From Folioceros fuciformis (lineage: Eukaryota), in contig JBNGIO010006281.1 in the NCBI GenBank assembly GCA_049999805.1, positions 16,360 to 80,359 on the forward strand: a DNA stretch of 64,000 nucleotides, given 5' to 3'. The notes below the pieces were generated by a model. That model had not been told where the DNA came from. It saw only the letters and a program-made list of their open reading frames with translations, and searched no databases. This document shows, piece by piece, positions 1-12,196 of this stretch. Every line of letters begins with the position of its first letter. Position 1 is the stretch's first letter. The translations under genes were made by a program, and so were the position numbers.

Positions 1-1
1 G

Positions 2-601
2 ACCCCCGCGGCGCTGGCCCGCCCGGAGCGCTCCGGGCAGGAGCCGCTGGTGAACAAGCCGCGGAGGTACTCCTGCCCCTGCGTCGGTTGCAAACGCAAC
101 AAACAGCACCGCAAGTTCCAGCCCCTCAAGACCATGCTGTGCGTGAAGAACCACTACCGGCGGAGCCACTGCGCCAAAAGCCTGGTCTGCGTCAAGTGCA
201 AGGCGAAGAAGTTCTCGGTCATGGCGGATCTCAAGACGCATGAGAAGCACTGCGGGAGGGACAAGTGGCAGTGCTCGTGCGGCACCACCTTCTCTCGCAA
301 GGACAAGCTGATTGGCCACCTCGCTCTCTTCCAGGGACATACCCCGGCTATGCCCTTGCACGAGATGGACGAGCAGGGCATGGAGTCCCATGCTGGTGGT
401 ACAGCCTCGGCTTACGCTCCTCCCCCGCCCTCGGGTCCTGCTGCNNNNNNNNNNNNNNNNNNNNNNNNNNNNNNNNNNNNNNNNNNNNNNNNNNNNNNNN
501 NNNNNNNNNNNNNNNNNNNNNNNNNNNNNNNNNNNNNNNNNNNNGGTCTGCACGGCCTGTACACCAGCAACTTCCTCCAAGGCTCATCCGGCGGCAGCTG
601 A
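2..601 (+). CDS. STOP1: STOP1-like C2H2 zinc-finger transcription factor, 3' part (5' end outside window, interrupted by an N gap)
   Basis: Frame reads TPAALARP...[36 protein letters not shown]...[48 protein letters not shown], the characteristic STOP1 zinc-finger string. Confidence 0.93.
   Translation, partial: TPAALARPERSGQEPLVNKPRRYSCPCVGCKRNKQHRKFQPLKTMLCVKNHYRRSHCAKSLVCVKCKAKKFSVMADLKTHEKHCGRDKWQCSCGTTFSRKDKLIGHLALFQGHTPAMPLHEMDEQGMESHAGGTASAYAPPPPSGPAXXXXXXXXXXXXXXXXXXXXXXXXXXXXXXXXXXGLHGLYTSNFLQGSSGGS
445..544. other. Assembly gap (100 N)
   Basis: Run of exactly 100 N, a typical placeholder for a gap of unknown size. Confidence 0.97.
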
Positions 602-1943
602 GGGGCAAAGCAGAATGCGGGAATGACAGACTCGTACCCCAGTGGCTCCCCTGGCATTCACGCTTTTAGCGTCTGTGCCGGGCTTTACACCACACCTTGG
701 TTGCTGAGCTGAGCGAGGCTCGTACTTATCGATGAGTAGCCTTGCGGTGAGGAGGCTGCGAGGGTGGGTGAACTGTAGGCGCCCAGAGGATGGAGGTGCA
801 AGGACAGTGGAGCTACGGGGATTTGCGGAGAGAGGAACGTACTCAGAGATTCTGAGCCCTCTCTATTGCAGGACAGGCAGACTCAGGGAGACAGGCCAAG
901 TTCATTTCTGGGAGATGTCTTTTTCAGCCCATCTCCACGGGTCTGTGGACTTTCTGCCTTCTCCAACCATCACCATCACCTAACAATACCAACCCGATCG
1001 TGGAGTGTGTAGAAGAGGATTGCGTTGTACATATCTTAGCCTAACAGCTTGTGAGTAAAAGCTTGGTGGCGTCTGCCACGAGCGGCTTTTTAATAGTTGT
1101 GCTGCTTCTGCCATTTATTTTCTTCACCCGAACCCCTCTCCCATCGCCACGGATTGATCGATCTTACTGCCTTCTCCCAAAATCGGGAGAAAGGGCTCGT
1201 TGCTATGTGAGCGCCCCTGTTACGTACTCCTCTCGCACGGTAATTATCACTCGGCGCACTCATAGACTACGGTACTGTGCTCTTGCTGTGTACAATATTA
1301 TAGCTCTTACATTCCTCCCCCACACGGTAAGGTGGCTTATGGCACCCACATCCACTCCTGCGTACATAACCAGTTGGAGCACACTCGTGAGGCTGGCCAG
1401 GTCCTGACAGATCTGTCCCTGGTCCCCGCGGAGCATCTGGGCGTGGTTATCCGATTGCCCAGCCCGAGGTCGCGCGACTTCGGCTGGTGGAGTCGAAGGT
1501 TGTTGTCGTTCTCTTCTTCTTGCCACCAGCGCGGAGCTGGGATTGGATTCCCCGTTGGTGGTTGAGGGAGAAGAGAATGGTGATGTGGATGGGGATGATT
1601 GATGTATCGCTTGCTCAAGCTTGGTGCTGATGGGTTATCTGCCTGTGGCACAGGGTTGTGTCACTGAGGGTGCCCAGATCGCAGAGAGGGGGAATTGTCT
1701 CATTGCGAGATTATCTTTGAGGAGGGAGGAAGGAAGGTGTGACGAAGCTGCTGGTTGGGGTACAGCTCAACAGGCTCAGTGCACCGAAGAAGCAGTCGGC
1801 TTCGGCTTCCATCTTTCAACGATCGGTTCCCGATGGGCGTCGTGGAAGCTTGATTTTTCGGGGGACTGCGGGCCCAGGGCTTGCGGGGCCTCGGATGGCG
1901 GCTTCGCCATATTCTAGAAACGTAAATTCTTTCAGGTCCTGGC

Positions 1944-4900
1944 ATGGCCGAAGATGAGGCTCGGAGCGTGGCCGACACAGCTCCGGTAGCGGATGGACAA
2001 GATTGCGGTTTAGAGGGTTGCAGTGATCCCTTGAGGGCGGTGTCCAGTTTGGGCGTCACCGAATGTGATGGTGCTGCGGGATCCACCGGCGGGGCTGCAC
2101 CGGTTTCTTTGAGGAATCAATTCGATGAATTCGCGATCCTGAGGAGGAAGAGCTTGGAACCGCTCTGTGGCCAGCCTGTGGGCTTAGGGTTTGGTGGATT
2201 GCTGCCGTATGATAATCCACCCAGGGGGAAGGGGAATGTCGCGGGGGGGGAGGGGGGCAGGGAGTATGTCGCCTCAGCTGTCTCTCCTGAGCATGGAGGT
2301 GTGGTCATACAGAGAAGGCATATGGTGTCTGTGCAGGATGTGAAAGAAAGGAGGAGTGAGGAGGTGGAAGCTTCCGGACAGGATGTGAGAGAGAGTCGGA
2401 GGGGCAAGGAGGAAGGGTTGTCTTCGGAGGCAGAACAAGTCAATCCTGACCAGCGAGGTGCTGCTGAGATTATCGACCTGGGGTCGGTTGGAGAATCTGT
2501 TGAAGCAGGGCCGGGGCAGGGTGCATCGATCTGCGTAGCAGCAGATGAGCTTGCTTCTCCACATGAGGAATTGAGTAGTGCAGAGATTATCACCGCCAGT
2601 ATCCCTCGGAAAGGGGAGGGTGAAAATCTAGTTGCGTCCACTCTTCTGCAGGATAGGCTACGGGGATGGATAGGCAGCACTGCTCCTCTGGCCCGCGATC
2701 TCACCGTGGCCGCTGTCTCAAAGGCAAGCATAAGTTTGCCCGTGACTGTTAAGTCGTGGTGGGCAACTTCTCCATCTGGCAAGAAGGAAGCTGCGAATAC
2801 GACTCTTCAGACTCCTCAACCCAATTCTTCTCAAAACCACAAGGCCTCCGAATCACCCTTTGGGAGTCTCCTTTCCAAGGGTGCCAACCTGATCTTGAGG
2901 CCTAGTAGCTTGACAGTCCCAACAGAAAGCCTTCCCAATTCTAACTATGCTGCGCCCAGTCAACTATCACAACCAGTGGGCGGTGAGCCGGCCGAAAAGG
3001 CTGAGGAATCTGGGCGCCTTATAGCAGAGCTGAAGCAGTCTTTGAAATCTGTCCTTGGCGAAGCCGTCAAATGTGGCCCTGAACCCATGGGAGATGGAAT
3101 TTATGTCCTCACATTGTTTTGCTCACTTGTTGAACAAGCTTTTGGACACGGATTGAAGGAAAGCACCAGGGGCAGGTGGTCATTCTGGGGTGCGGGAAAG
3201 ATGCAAGTCTCATTTTTCAATCTTCTTGAAGCCATGGAGCTCTCGGTACCTGAAAACCAGTCCTTTCGTGGAGCCTTGGGACTGGATGCGGTGAGGTCGT
3301 TGACTTCGGTTAAGTCCAGCGTTGGTCAACTGCGTGCTTGGCTGCGCCTCTCCTTGAACGAAGGCTTGTTGGGTCGGAGGCTTAGCATCATACTGGAAGA
3401 TCCTGAACTTTTGGAACAGTGGTACGAAAGCTGGGCCTTACTTCGAAGAGGAGATGCGTCGGAGCAGTTTGCATCCATTGTCACAGCTCTCGACTCTGTT
3501 AGTATATCTCTCTCAGTTTCTGAAGGTCTTGCTCTTGACCAACAGAAGTCCATCGGTGTCAAGGCTTTGCATCCTCCGCAAGTTGTGGAACCTGAACAAA
3601 CAACACCAGAGTCCAAGTGGCAAGAAGCTCTGCACTATGAGCCCAAAGGCTCGGGTGCCGTTTCCTTGGATCCTGAAGGAACTAGTGAACGGCAAAACAC
3701 ACGTGGTGATATGGGTGCATTGTCAGAGAAGAAAGCCAGAGGCAACTCGAAGGCCAGGAAACGCGTGATATCCGTTCCAGATGGGTTTGCTAATGAGCAG
3801 GTTGATGCGAAGATAGAGTTTAATGGCTATAGAGTGTACACACAGCGTCCTGATCAAGAGCTGCTCGTGAATGGTTTGACAGAAGATGTCGTTCAAAGTC
3901 CTCCTGCTGAAGGTGTAGCTACGCGTTGTGAGGCAGAGGGTGCCCTGCAGAGAATTCATCCCCCGCAACAAGGGCAACAGAAAACACTCGATGAACAGGT
4001 TGTGGAGTTCCATGGAACTCTTGAGGCAAGAGATGAGGTGCCAGCTGGACGCCCGCAAGTTACATGCAGAGGCGGTCAGTATAGTCCTAGCTTACAGAGT
4101 GGGGGTGCACCAGAGGACATATGTGTACTCACTGATGATGTTGCATCCACTGGCAGGGATGTATCTTCTGTGGATGCCGATTCCTCCTTTCATCTTGAAA
4201 CAGCCTTATCAAGGTTGGGACTTCCTCCAGACCTAGATAACTCCAATATTCCCCGTGTACTATCGAATGCTGCTTTGCTTGAGTCTGAGGACGTTTTGCA
4301 TAGTGCCAGTTTTGTGGACAATCCTCTCAGTAAGCCTCGAAATGGCAGTGCATTTGCTGCACTGGAACATTGTCTGACCACACAGGCTCTCAGCGAACAA
4401 ATTGATGCTGATTGCCAAGAGAAGAAAGTCTTGGAAGTCACACCATTTTGTTGTACATCACCGGCCAGTGAAGAAAGCTGTGGATCTGATGTTGATTCGG
4501 ATATGTCAATGTCTGAAGAGGGTGGAGTGCTGGCTGAGAAGCAGAAAAACAATGTCTCCTACTTTCGAAACAGACGGATGGCTACAGCTTTTGATCTGTG
4601 CAAGAAGTACGATGATGAACTGGCCTTTGGAGCCAGCGAATGGAACGAGTACTTCCGGCAAACTGACCATCAAGTGGATTTTCCTTTACATCATTCTTCC
4701 GTTGAAACGTCTCTTGCCAAGAGATCCCCGGGTCTGAATTCATTTCATCGTCAAATTCTATCCTCTGACTCTCAGACAGAAAGTAGTGTGCATTCATGTC
4801 AAGAGAATGTTGAGCCTGTGCATGTTAGACCTGGAGAACCACTGGGCATCCAAGGAACAGGTTGGCCTTGGTTTGACTGTGAAGAGGCAGAACCAGAAAC

Positions 4901-7828
4901 TAAGGACGTGATTCAGCTGAAAGGTGTTATGGGAGGGGATCAAGCTTTGGTTGATGCAAATCGGCAAGTGTCTCAACTTATCACTTTTGAGACTGAGGTG
5001 TCTCATAGGAGAGTAGTGGAGGATTTTGGACAGGACATTCCCAGGCAAGCAGAGGATCCTCTCCAGTGTGCTGGTCGTGTCATCCCTGGCAGTGCCGACT
5101 CTGTGTCGAATCCGGATGGAATGGGGAGCCAGGATGACCAAGATGAACATCTTGATGGTGAATCTGGAGCTCATCATCAGGAAGTTGCTCCCCTCAAAAC
5201 GCACGCAGAGTCTACAGTCTCGGACATCTTCAGTGGCAATGAGCCTGAAGATGTACCTGCTAAAGCTAGACGACGATCCAATGTTTTCATTGGTCCTGCC
5301 TCGTTGGAAGGGTTTGAGTCGCATTTTTCTAGGCCCTCGGACGAAGGCAGCAGGAGACGAGGGTGTGTGGCTCGCCTGGGATCCAAGGAAGCAGAGGAGC
5401 TACTGCAACTAGATGTTGCCAAACTTGGAAGGGCCAGCTTTCAGTCGATGAAGGAGGCCACTCAAGTACAACATTCTTCATCGCTAGTGTCACCTTGGAG
5501 TTCAGAGGATCTGGGTCCAGACGAGGTTTGTTTGTGGCATCACACGTATATTTCGAGTAGTTGTAGTCTGTTTTACATTGCGTTTTGTCTGATGATGATT
5601 TCAACTCTTGTCCCAAGTCAGCTTTCACGGTATGTTGAGAAGGTGGAGGTTAAAGAGACGTATATCGACACGGTGCTTGACATGGAGAACGTTCTGCTAA
5701 CAGAAGATAGCTGCATGTTTGAAGATAATGGGTCCTCTCGCGCTATTCGGGATGGAAGCTTGTATGCCTCCACCTCAGGTTTCCTATCTTTGGGCAGGGG
5801 GCAACCAGTAGTTAGAAAGGGGAAGGAGGTGGTTTGGGTTGAAGTCATCGGAGCTCGTCAACAACGAGGGGGCGCTTCTCTTGGTGAAAGAATGGTGGGT
5901 GTACAAGAGCATACAGTGTATCGGATGCTGGTGACGGGAGTGAACAGTGAGTGGGAGGTTGAAAGGAGATACAGAGATTTTGTTGTGTTACATAGTCGGT
6001 TGGCAAGCCTGTTCCCTCCTCAGAATGGTTTTTTCCTTCCAGCTCCATGGGACAAGGTGAAGGCGGAGTCGAGAAAGTTTTTTGGAAACACCTCACCAAA
6101 TGTGGTAGAAGTGCGAAGCGCCCTCATTCAGGTGTGCTTGCAATCTTTGATCCAAGCTGGAACTCCTTTCAAAACTGCAGCGCCACTATTAGAATTTCTT
6201 GCCCCACATGATGATGCAAGTTGGCCTTCGGCGACACCAGGAAGCGTAACAGGCAGTAGTGCATCCCACCTTCCTCTAGAGGACTTTGTTACAAATTATT
6301 CAAGCTCGCCCAGATCAGATAGTACCAGTAATGTAGGAGACCTGGATCAAGACGCAAAGGGCAGCGCCGTGTTTGGGAGCACTATACGATTGATTGTGCA
6401 AGTTCATGCCGAGAAGTCTCTAAAGCAGCAGTTGCATGCACAGCACAATGCTTGTGCTGGTTGCTATGAACATCTGGTGCCAGCAACAGGGGTGGTGCCT
6501 GGCTTGGTACAAAGGTTGGGGTTGGCTGGGCCACGGCTTTGTGAATACAGTGGGCAGCTATTCTGCCCCTCGTGCCATTCCAACGATGTCTCGATTATTC
6601 CAGCTCAAGTATTGCAAAGGTGGGATTTCTCGGTGCGGAAGGTCTCCCAGCTTGCAAAGGCTTACTTAGACTCAATATATGAACAGGTAACGGGTGACAC
6701 AGCGTTTTATGCCTTGAATCATGCATCGCACAAGAGCATTCCCTGATTATCCAGAGTTCATTGACTTGGATATTGTTGAATGCAGCCCATGCTGTGCGTG
6801 AGTGCAGTCAACCCGTACCTTTATGGGAAGGTACCCATCCTGGCAAATTTGCGGGATATGCGCAGGAAGCTGAGCAGAATGATGGCCTGTGTGCATTGTC
6901 CTGCCCGCCCACGGATACTGGCAATGCTAGGATCACGACGCTACCTTGCTGAGAACAATGACTTCTTTGCACTTCGGGACTTCGCAGATATCTCAAAGGG
7001 TGCTTTCGCTGGTAAGGCAGAGTTTGTCATCACTCCTGCGTTCAAATGTGGTTGTGGTACAGACTGAATTGGCTGATGCTACTAGTTGTGGTGGACGTTT
7101 GTTGCTCCTTCTTGGTCGTCTTCTCGTACAGAAGACACCCTCCAAGCTAACACTTATTGTGTTTCTGCATCTGACAGTTTTGTTTGCTGTTTGTATTCAG
7201 TTGTCCCGGGTATCATGAAAACAGTGTGCGAAAGGGCGTACGTCCACATAACACGCGAGTGTTCTGTGTGCTATGAAACCGGCGAAGCTTGTGGTGCAGG
7301 TGAATGGTGCGATGACTTCTTCGATACCATCTTCCCATTCCAGGTACTTAGCCTTGAGACTGAGCCCCCCAAAAAAAAAACTTCAAGGTTGTGTGCTTGA
7401 GCTGTATATCCTGCAGGTTGTCCATGATAGGAAGCTGACGGGGCCTCACAATCATATAGGATGACAACATCACAAGGTGTCCTTGTTGTAAGGTTCCCTT
7501 TCACAAGTCTTGCTTCAAAAGTTGCAGCGATTGCCCATCCTGCCACGGCCAGAAACCCACGGAGGCAGCCAGTACCAGTGGATATTTCACGGAAGATTCC
7601 ACCCGGGAATGTAAAAAAAATCATTCTTCCAGGCAAACTCCTCTCACGCCATCAGTAAATGGGGAGAGCTCCAGCAACTCTGTCTCTCAAAAGCCAAGGC
7701 GGGGCAAAAGCTATCTAGACAGGGTGCTGGGGGGAAATGAAGGCAAGACCGACCCAAACCGAAGGGGAAGGCGCAGCAGCTCAGCGGTGCTACGCATGAG
7801 CTCTCTTCCAGGCCCCCTCGAGCTGTGA
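1944..7828 (+). CDS. RUN + PX + Rubicon-homology (zf-RING_9/DUF4206) domain protein, PLEKHM/Rubicon-like
   Basis: Exons approx. 1944-5525, 5622-6686, 6786-7011, 7201-7343, 7460-7828. RUN-like FCSLVEQAFGHGLK...GQLRAWLRLSLNEGLL...WYESWALLR (~3100-3510); PX WEVERRYRDFVVLH (~5830-6200); RH CAGCYEHL...RLCEYSGQLFCPSCH...WDF...CSVC...TIFPFQ...CPCCKVPFHKSC. Confidence 0.88.
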
Positions 7829-8641
7829 CAATATCCAGATACCGTCTTAGTTAAGGTGATGCATTGCTATCCTGCATGCAGTCGGTCGTCATGTGGAAAA
7901 CCTTTCTAGACGCCTTCCTACTCTGTGTACGTACATATGTAACAATGAAACATGAAGCTCGAATTGCCCCACTGAAGTTGGTTGTACCATTCCTCCAGCT
8001 ACAGCCGACATTGTCACGAGGCCTGGAAACGGCCGGAGGAGGGGCTGGTCTACAGAAAGTCATTGGACGGGGGCAACGGACTGTTACCCACGAGGGATCC
8101 CGTGCCTTGGAGGTGGGCCCCGCGGTCACGTGGCTCACTGATGCCGGCTTCTCGTCGACAGCCTTGGCGTTGAAGCGTGGGGGACCGTGAAGCTTCCCGT
8201 CTCTAGTAACGGTCAGAGTTGGAGACTTCGTGGAAAGCGGCCCTGTCTCTTTTACCGGCAGCCTTTTGGGGGACGCGAGGCTCTACGCGTTTCCAGAGGA
8301 CGCGATCAAGGCACACAAGGCAAGCCATTGTGCTATCCTCCGTCATTCTTTGCTTCTTGCTTTCTTCTCTGCAGCTGCGTTCAGGATTCGTGCTCTCCAC
8401 GCGCCATTGCCGTTTCGTAGAAGTGACACCTTGAGCGACGCTTATTGAGCTCGCGCTGCCTTGTGTGCAAGAACATTTGCCTGCCTGATTGCTCCAGATC
8501 TGCGCTGAGCTTGCTGCCGCTCGCCCGATCGGACACCAACTAGTCTGTAGTTCGTCCTGATCTGCAGAATTCCCAACGGTGTAGAGTTCACTTTCGTTAC
8601 GCAACTTTCGAATTCTGACTTGAGTGTGAGCGTTCGCTGGA

Positions 8642-9406
8642 ATGGAGAGCACGTCTGTGATGTTACAGTCCTTAGTACAAAGATTGTCGCAGCTGCTCTG
8701 GGTCGTGTGGCTCCTACCAGAGGTGGCAGTAGCTTCGGAGTCCGGAGAGGAGGCCAGGTGTCGAAGCAAAAGAGAGGGTGCAGCCAAGTGCAAGACGCTT
8801 GAGAGATTTTACTCTGCTCGCGACTTGTTGGAGCCTGAGGAATTCACTCCCACGATCCAACGATCGCCGAGCGGGTCGACCGAGAGCCAACTTTTGCGAT
8901 TTCCGAATGGAAGTTTGGTGAGCGAGCAGGAAATTTACAGAATATTTCGGACGGTGGATGACGAGGGGAACGGCACGGTGTCGAGGGACAAGCTGGCGAG
9001 CTTCATCACGAAGCTGCAGAAGGTAGAGTGCAGTGAGGACCAGATCGACTCCCTATTGCAGTTGGCGGGTGTCGAGCACAAGGGATTTGTGGAGTTTGAG
9101 GAGTTTGTGAGGCTGTATCACTGTTTGCTAGAAAGCTGTCAGGAATGTGACGACATCCGCCCTGCTCGGAAAGACAATGACAGCGACGAAGGCCGCCTCC
9201 GCGATGCTTTTAACGTTTTTGACAAGAACAAGGATGGCTTCATTAGCCCCGAGGAACTGCATCTCGTTGTCAAGTGCCTCAATTTGCCAAAGAAGATCAC
9301 CGAATGCAGTAGGATGATCATGGCCGTGGACAGGGATGGAGATGGTCGGGTCGACTTCGAGGAGTTCAAGCACATGATGTTGTCGACCTCTTCCCGTTTC
9401 CTATGA
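8642..9406 (+). CDS. Calmodulin-like (CML) EF-hand calcium-binding protein, single exon
   Basis: Four EF-hand positions; canonical loops DKNKDGFISPEE and DRDGDGRVDFEE, with LRDAFNVFD before EF3. Confidence 0.9.
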   Translation: MESTSVMLQSLVQRLSQLLWVVWLLPEVAVASESGEEARCRSKREGAAKCKTLERFYSARDLLEPEEFTPTIQRSPSGSTESQLLRFPNGSLVSEQEIYRIFRTVDDEGNGTVSRDKLASFITKLQKVECSEDQIDSLLQLAGVEHKGFVEFEEFVRLYHCLLESCQECDDIRPARKDNDSDEGRLRDAFNVFDKNKDGFISPEELHLVVKCLNLPKKITECSRMIMAVDRDGDGRVDFEEFKHMMLSTSSRFL

Positions 9407-9871
9407 AGGGGTCACATGCTCACCAATGCTAACCTCCTCAGCGTCACCCTCCATTCCTCTCAACATCACCATGACAAGCTTTTTCAGCTCTAGGCTACGC
9501 CTGCCTAAGCCAGAACCCCTGAGCGTGTGAGGGCTTGTGTTTAGCAGTTAGCGATTCTGCATTGCACCATAAGTTCCCAATGTTAGACATGTAACCAGCA
9601 GCTCCACAAAGCTAGTTGCACCCCATGTATTTCATGAACCTTTAATCAAGATTTTTTTGCCTCCTACCCTCCCCTCCTGTGACGAGTGCAGAGCCAATGA
9701 CCAGCGTCAATTCATAACGCCAGGCTCCAAGGAAGTGATGAGCAAGTCCTGAATGGAAGCCCGAAGTCTTCCAAACGCAACTGGAAAGTGCGGCTGACTG
9801 TGGGATAGTTTTCAGAGGATGGATCCCATGAAGCATCCCTAGATATATGCAGCGGCCCCAACTCGTTGACG

Positions 9872-10290
9872 AGTTTCACACCTGCCCTGATCCTGAGGGA
9901 CCGGATTGGTGAGGTCTCCGGGACGTTCTGGTCTCACCTCCCTGCTCTTGGGCTTGGACACCTGGACAGTTCGAAGAAAGGCGTATGTAATCCGGAGTCC
10001 CGGGCTCTTGGCACCTTTGCAGCCTTTCAGTCGTATGAAAACTTTGTTGGGTTCATTTGTTTTCGCGAGATGAATGCCACGAAGCAGTCTTCAGTGTACG
10101 CAGCGGTCGCAAAGAGATGGCGCTTTTTACACCTGATCTGATTCTGTGGGACCAGATTCTTGAGGCCCCTCGGATGTAGTGGTCTCGCCGTTCCAGCTCT
10201 TGGGCTGAAACACCTCGAATAAAGGCGCCTCTGTAACCCGGGGGCTCCGGGCACTTTCGCAGTCTTTCCGTCGAGATAGAAATTTGCTAC
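9872..10290 (+). repeat. Diverged direct repeat pair (~175 bp at ~9872-10050 and ~10124-10290), possibly a decayed coding fragment
   Basis: tttcacacctgccctgatcctgagggaccggatt...gctcttgggct vs ttttacacctgatctgattctgtgggaccagatt...gctcttgggct. Translations FTPALILRDRI..LPALGLGHL and FTPDLILWDQI..VPALGLKHL, with stops in copy 2. Confidence 0.7.
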
Positions 10291-12196
10291 ATCTGCCCAT
10301 CAGGTTAGAGCAGTATGCGCACTCGCACCACTGGTACAGATACTTAGGTAGCATCGTGTCCGTCCCGGAATGAAAAAGATGTGCTCTGCTGGTCGGTGAT
10401 GGATGTGGCAACCTTGCTGAAGCCAAGGATGGGATGATGAAGAGCCGCGTCGCATCAAACGTAGAGACCACAACCTGTTAGTACTCTCACACGGCACCAC
10501 ATGGCCCTATCGCATGAAGCAGCCGAAACGTGGGAAGCTTCACGAACATGTTCGTCTGTAAAGATAGAGTCAGGGCAACCGCGGAGTCAGCCAACCGGCG
10601 CAGGCGGCACCTACACCACTAGGTTTTCGAAGGCGGCAACGTGTCTGTGCTAGCAAAAAATAGACACCACAGCTGGCTGGCCACTAGCCCTGATACCCGA
10701 CTCCCTAGGAACCAACAGAAGAGCATTTCGAGAAGAACGGCTGATGACCTGTCCAAAACTCTGGTCGGGTGAGCATCCCTCGACGAAAGACTCAGCTGCA
10801 ATGCAACCGACTTTTCATCTTGCCCCACATCCGTTCCCCTTGCCCTTTGGACTGCATCCCGTAACGGTAATAAAAAGTGGAACATACAGCTCTCATTCCT
10901 GTGTCATCCTTCATCAAACATCCACCACGTTCTTCTCGTCTCAAACCATGAAATCACGTAATTCCCAGCCTCCGCTCCGCACATGATGCAGAATATCCCC
11001 GGGCCCCGACCATCGCATCCACCTGACGGGAAATCAGGTTCTGGCCATCACAGCACGTACCGCAAGCAAGGCTCCCGGCAACTTTGCCCTAGTCCTGGCC
11101 CTGGCCCGGCCAGTGCCTCCCCTTCCTACCCGCATCTGCAGCTGAATGCGCAGCTGAAGTTCAGCTGCAGCTTCTGCGCACGTGGTGAAACTCAAACTAA
11201 CAGGACGATAAAAACTGCTGATAGTTGGAGAAAGTCAGAATCCAGCACGCTTTACTACCGCAGTGACCAGGAGCGTGGGCGTGCGAGAGGCGGGAGCAGG
11301 GGACGCTTGCGCGAAATTGTGGCGGATGGAGTCAAGGGAGCGCAGCCGAGAGGCGTCTGGCACGTTGGCTGGCCGGGCCTTGACTACATGTAGAGAGTTC
11401 ACAAGGGCGGCCCACGCTGCATTCTAGTTCAGCGGCCTCATACACATATCGTTTTCCTGGCCTACCAGCTCTCGCAACAGCGGCCGCCTCCACCAACCAC
11501 TCCTGCCTCTTTCTTGAAGGCCGTCGACCTGGGCCTGCCTCCTGTATCTGCGAATCGCAGCAGGAGAGGGATGCTCAGTCGCGCCTGCTGCAGCTACCCA
11601 GAGAAGAGACGGAGAAGACGGCGCCTCTGTTGCGGGCATCCCAGATTGTTGTGGCCTTGAATGGTTTGCGCTTGATGCTCACAGAATTTTAGTCCTGGAT
11701 CCGCGGATTGGTTGATGCTTCTGGAGGGCTGTGCTGCTTCTGCTGCTGGTTGCGACGCGCAGGTGCTGCTGCTGGTGCTGGAGATGCCCGCCTTTTGAAG
11801 CGCATCTTCCAATGCTGTACACTGCACATACTGCGTAATGCTGCGCCAGCTGCGTGCCGCTTGCAATTGGGTAGCAGGGCGGGGGTTGAGGATTCCGGGA
11901 TGAATCGGCTGCGTTTTCCTCGTCAGGGTCTCTAGGTTTCATATGCAGTCTATGCGCGCAGGGTGTTGGCGCCTGGATGCCTGCAGCGCTAGATCCTGCC
12001 GTGTTGCCTTTCCTGCTGCAGCCTGGCGTGTGGATTTCTCGATTTCTGGGGCTGGGTTTGGGATCGGTCGGGGTCGGGGCTCTTATCTGCTCGTAAGAGA
12101 AGCGACAGGGCAGGGTAGGAAGGAAGTTCTGGAGGCACGAGTCGGTGCCACAACGCGCTGGATGATTCGCAGGAGGAGGCGTAGTGGAGGTGGAGC

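Noticed and set aside
545-601. STOP1 C-terminus read across the N gap
   Set aside because: Gap length is a placeholder, so frame and stop position after it cannot be trusted.
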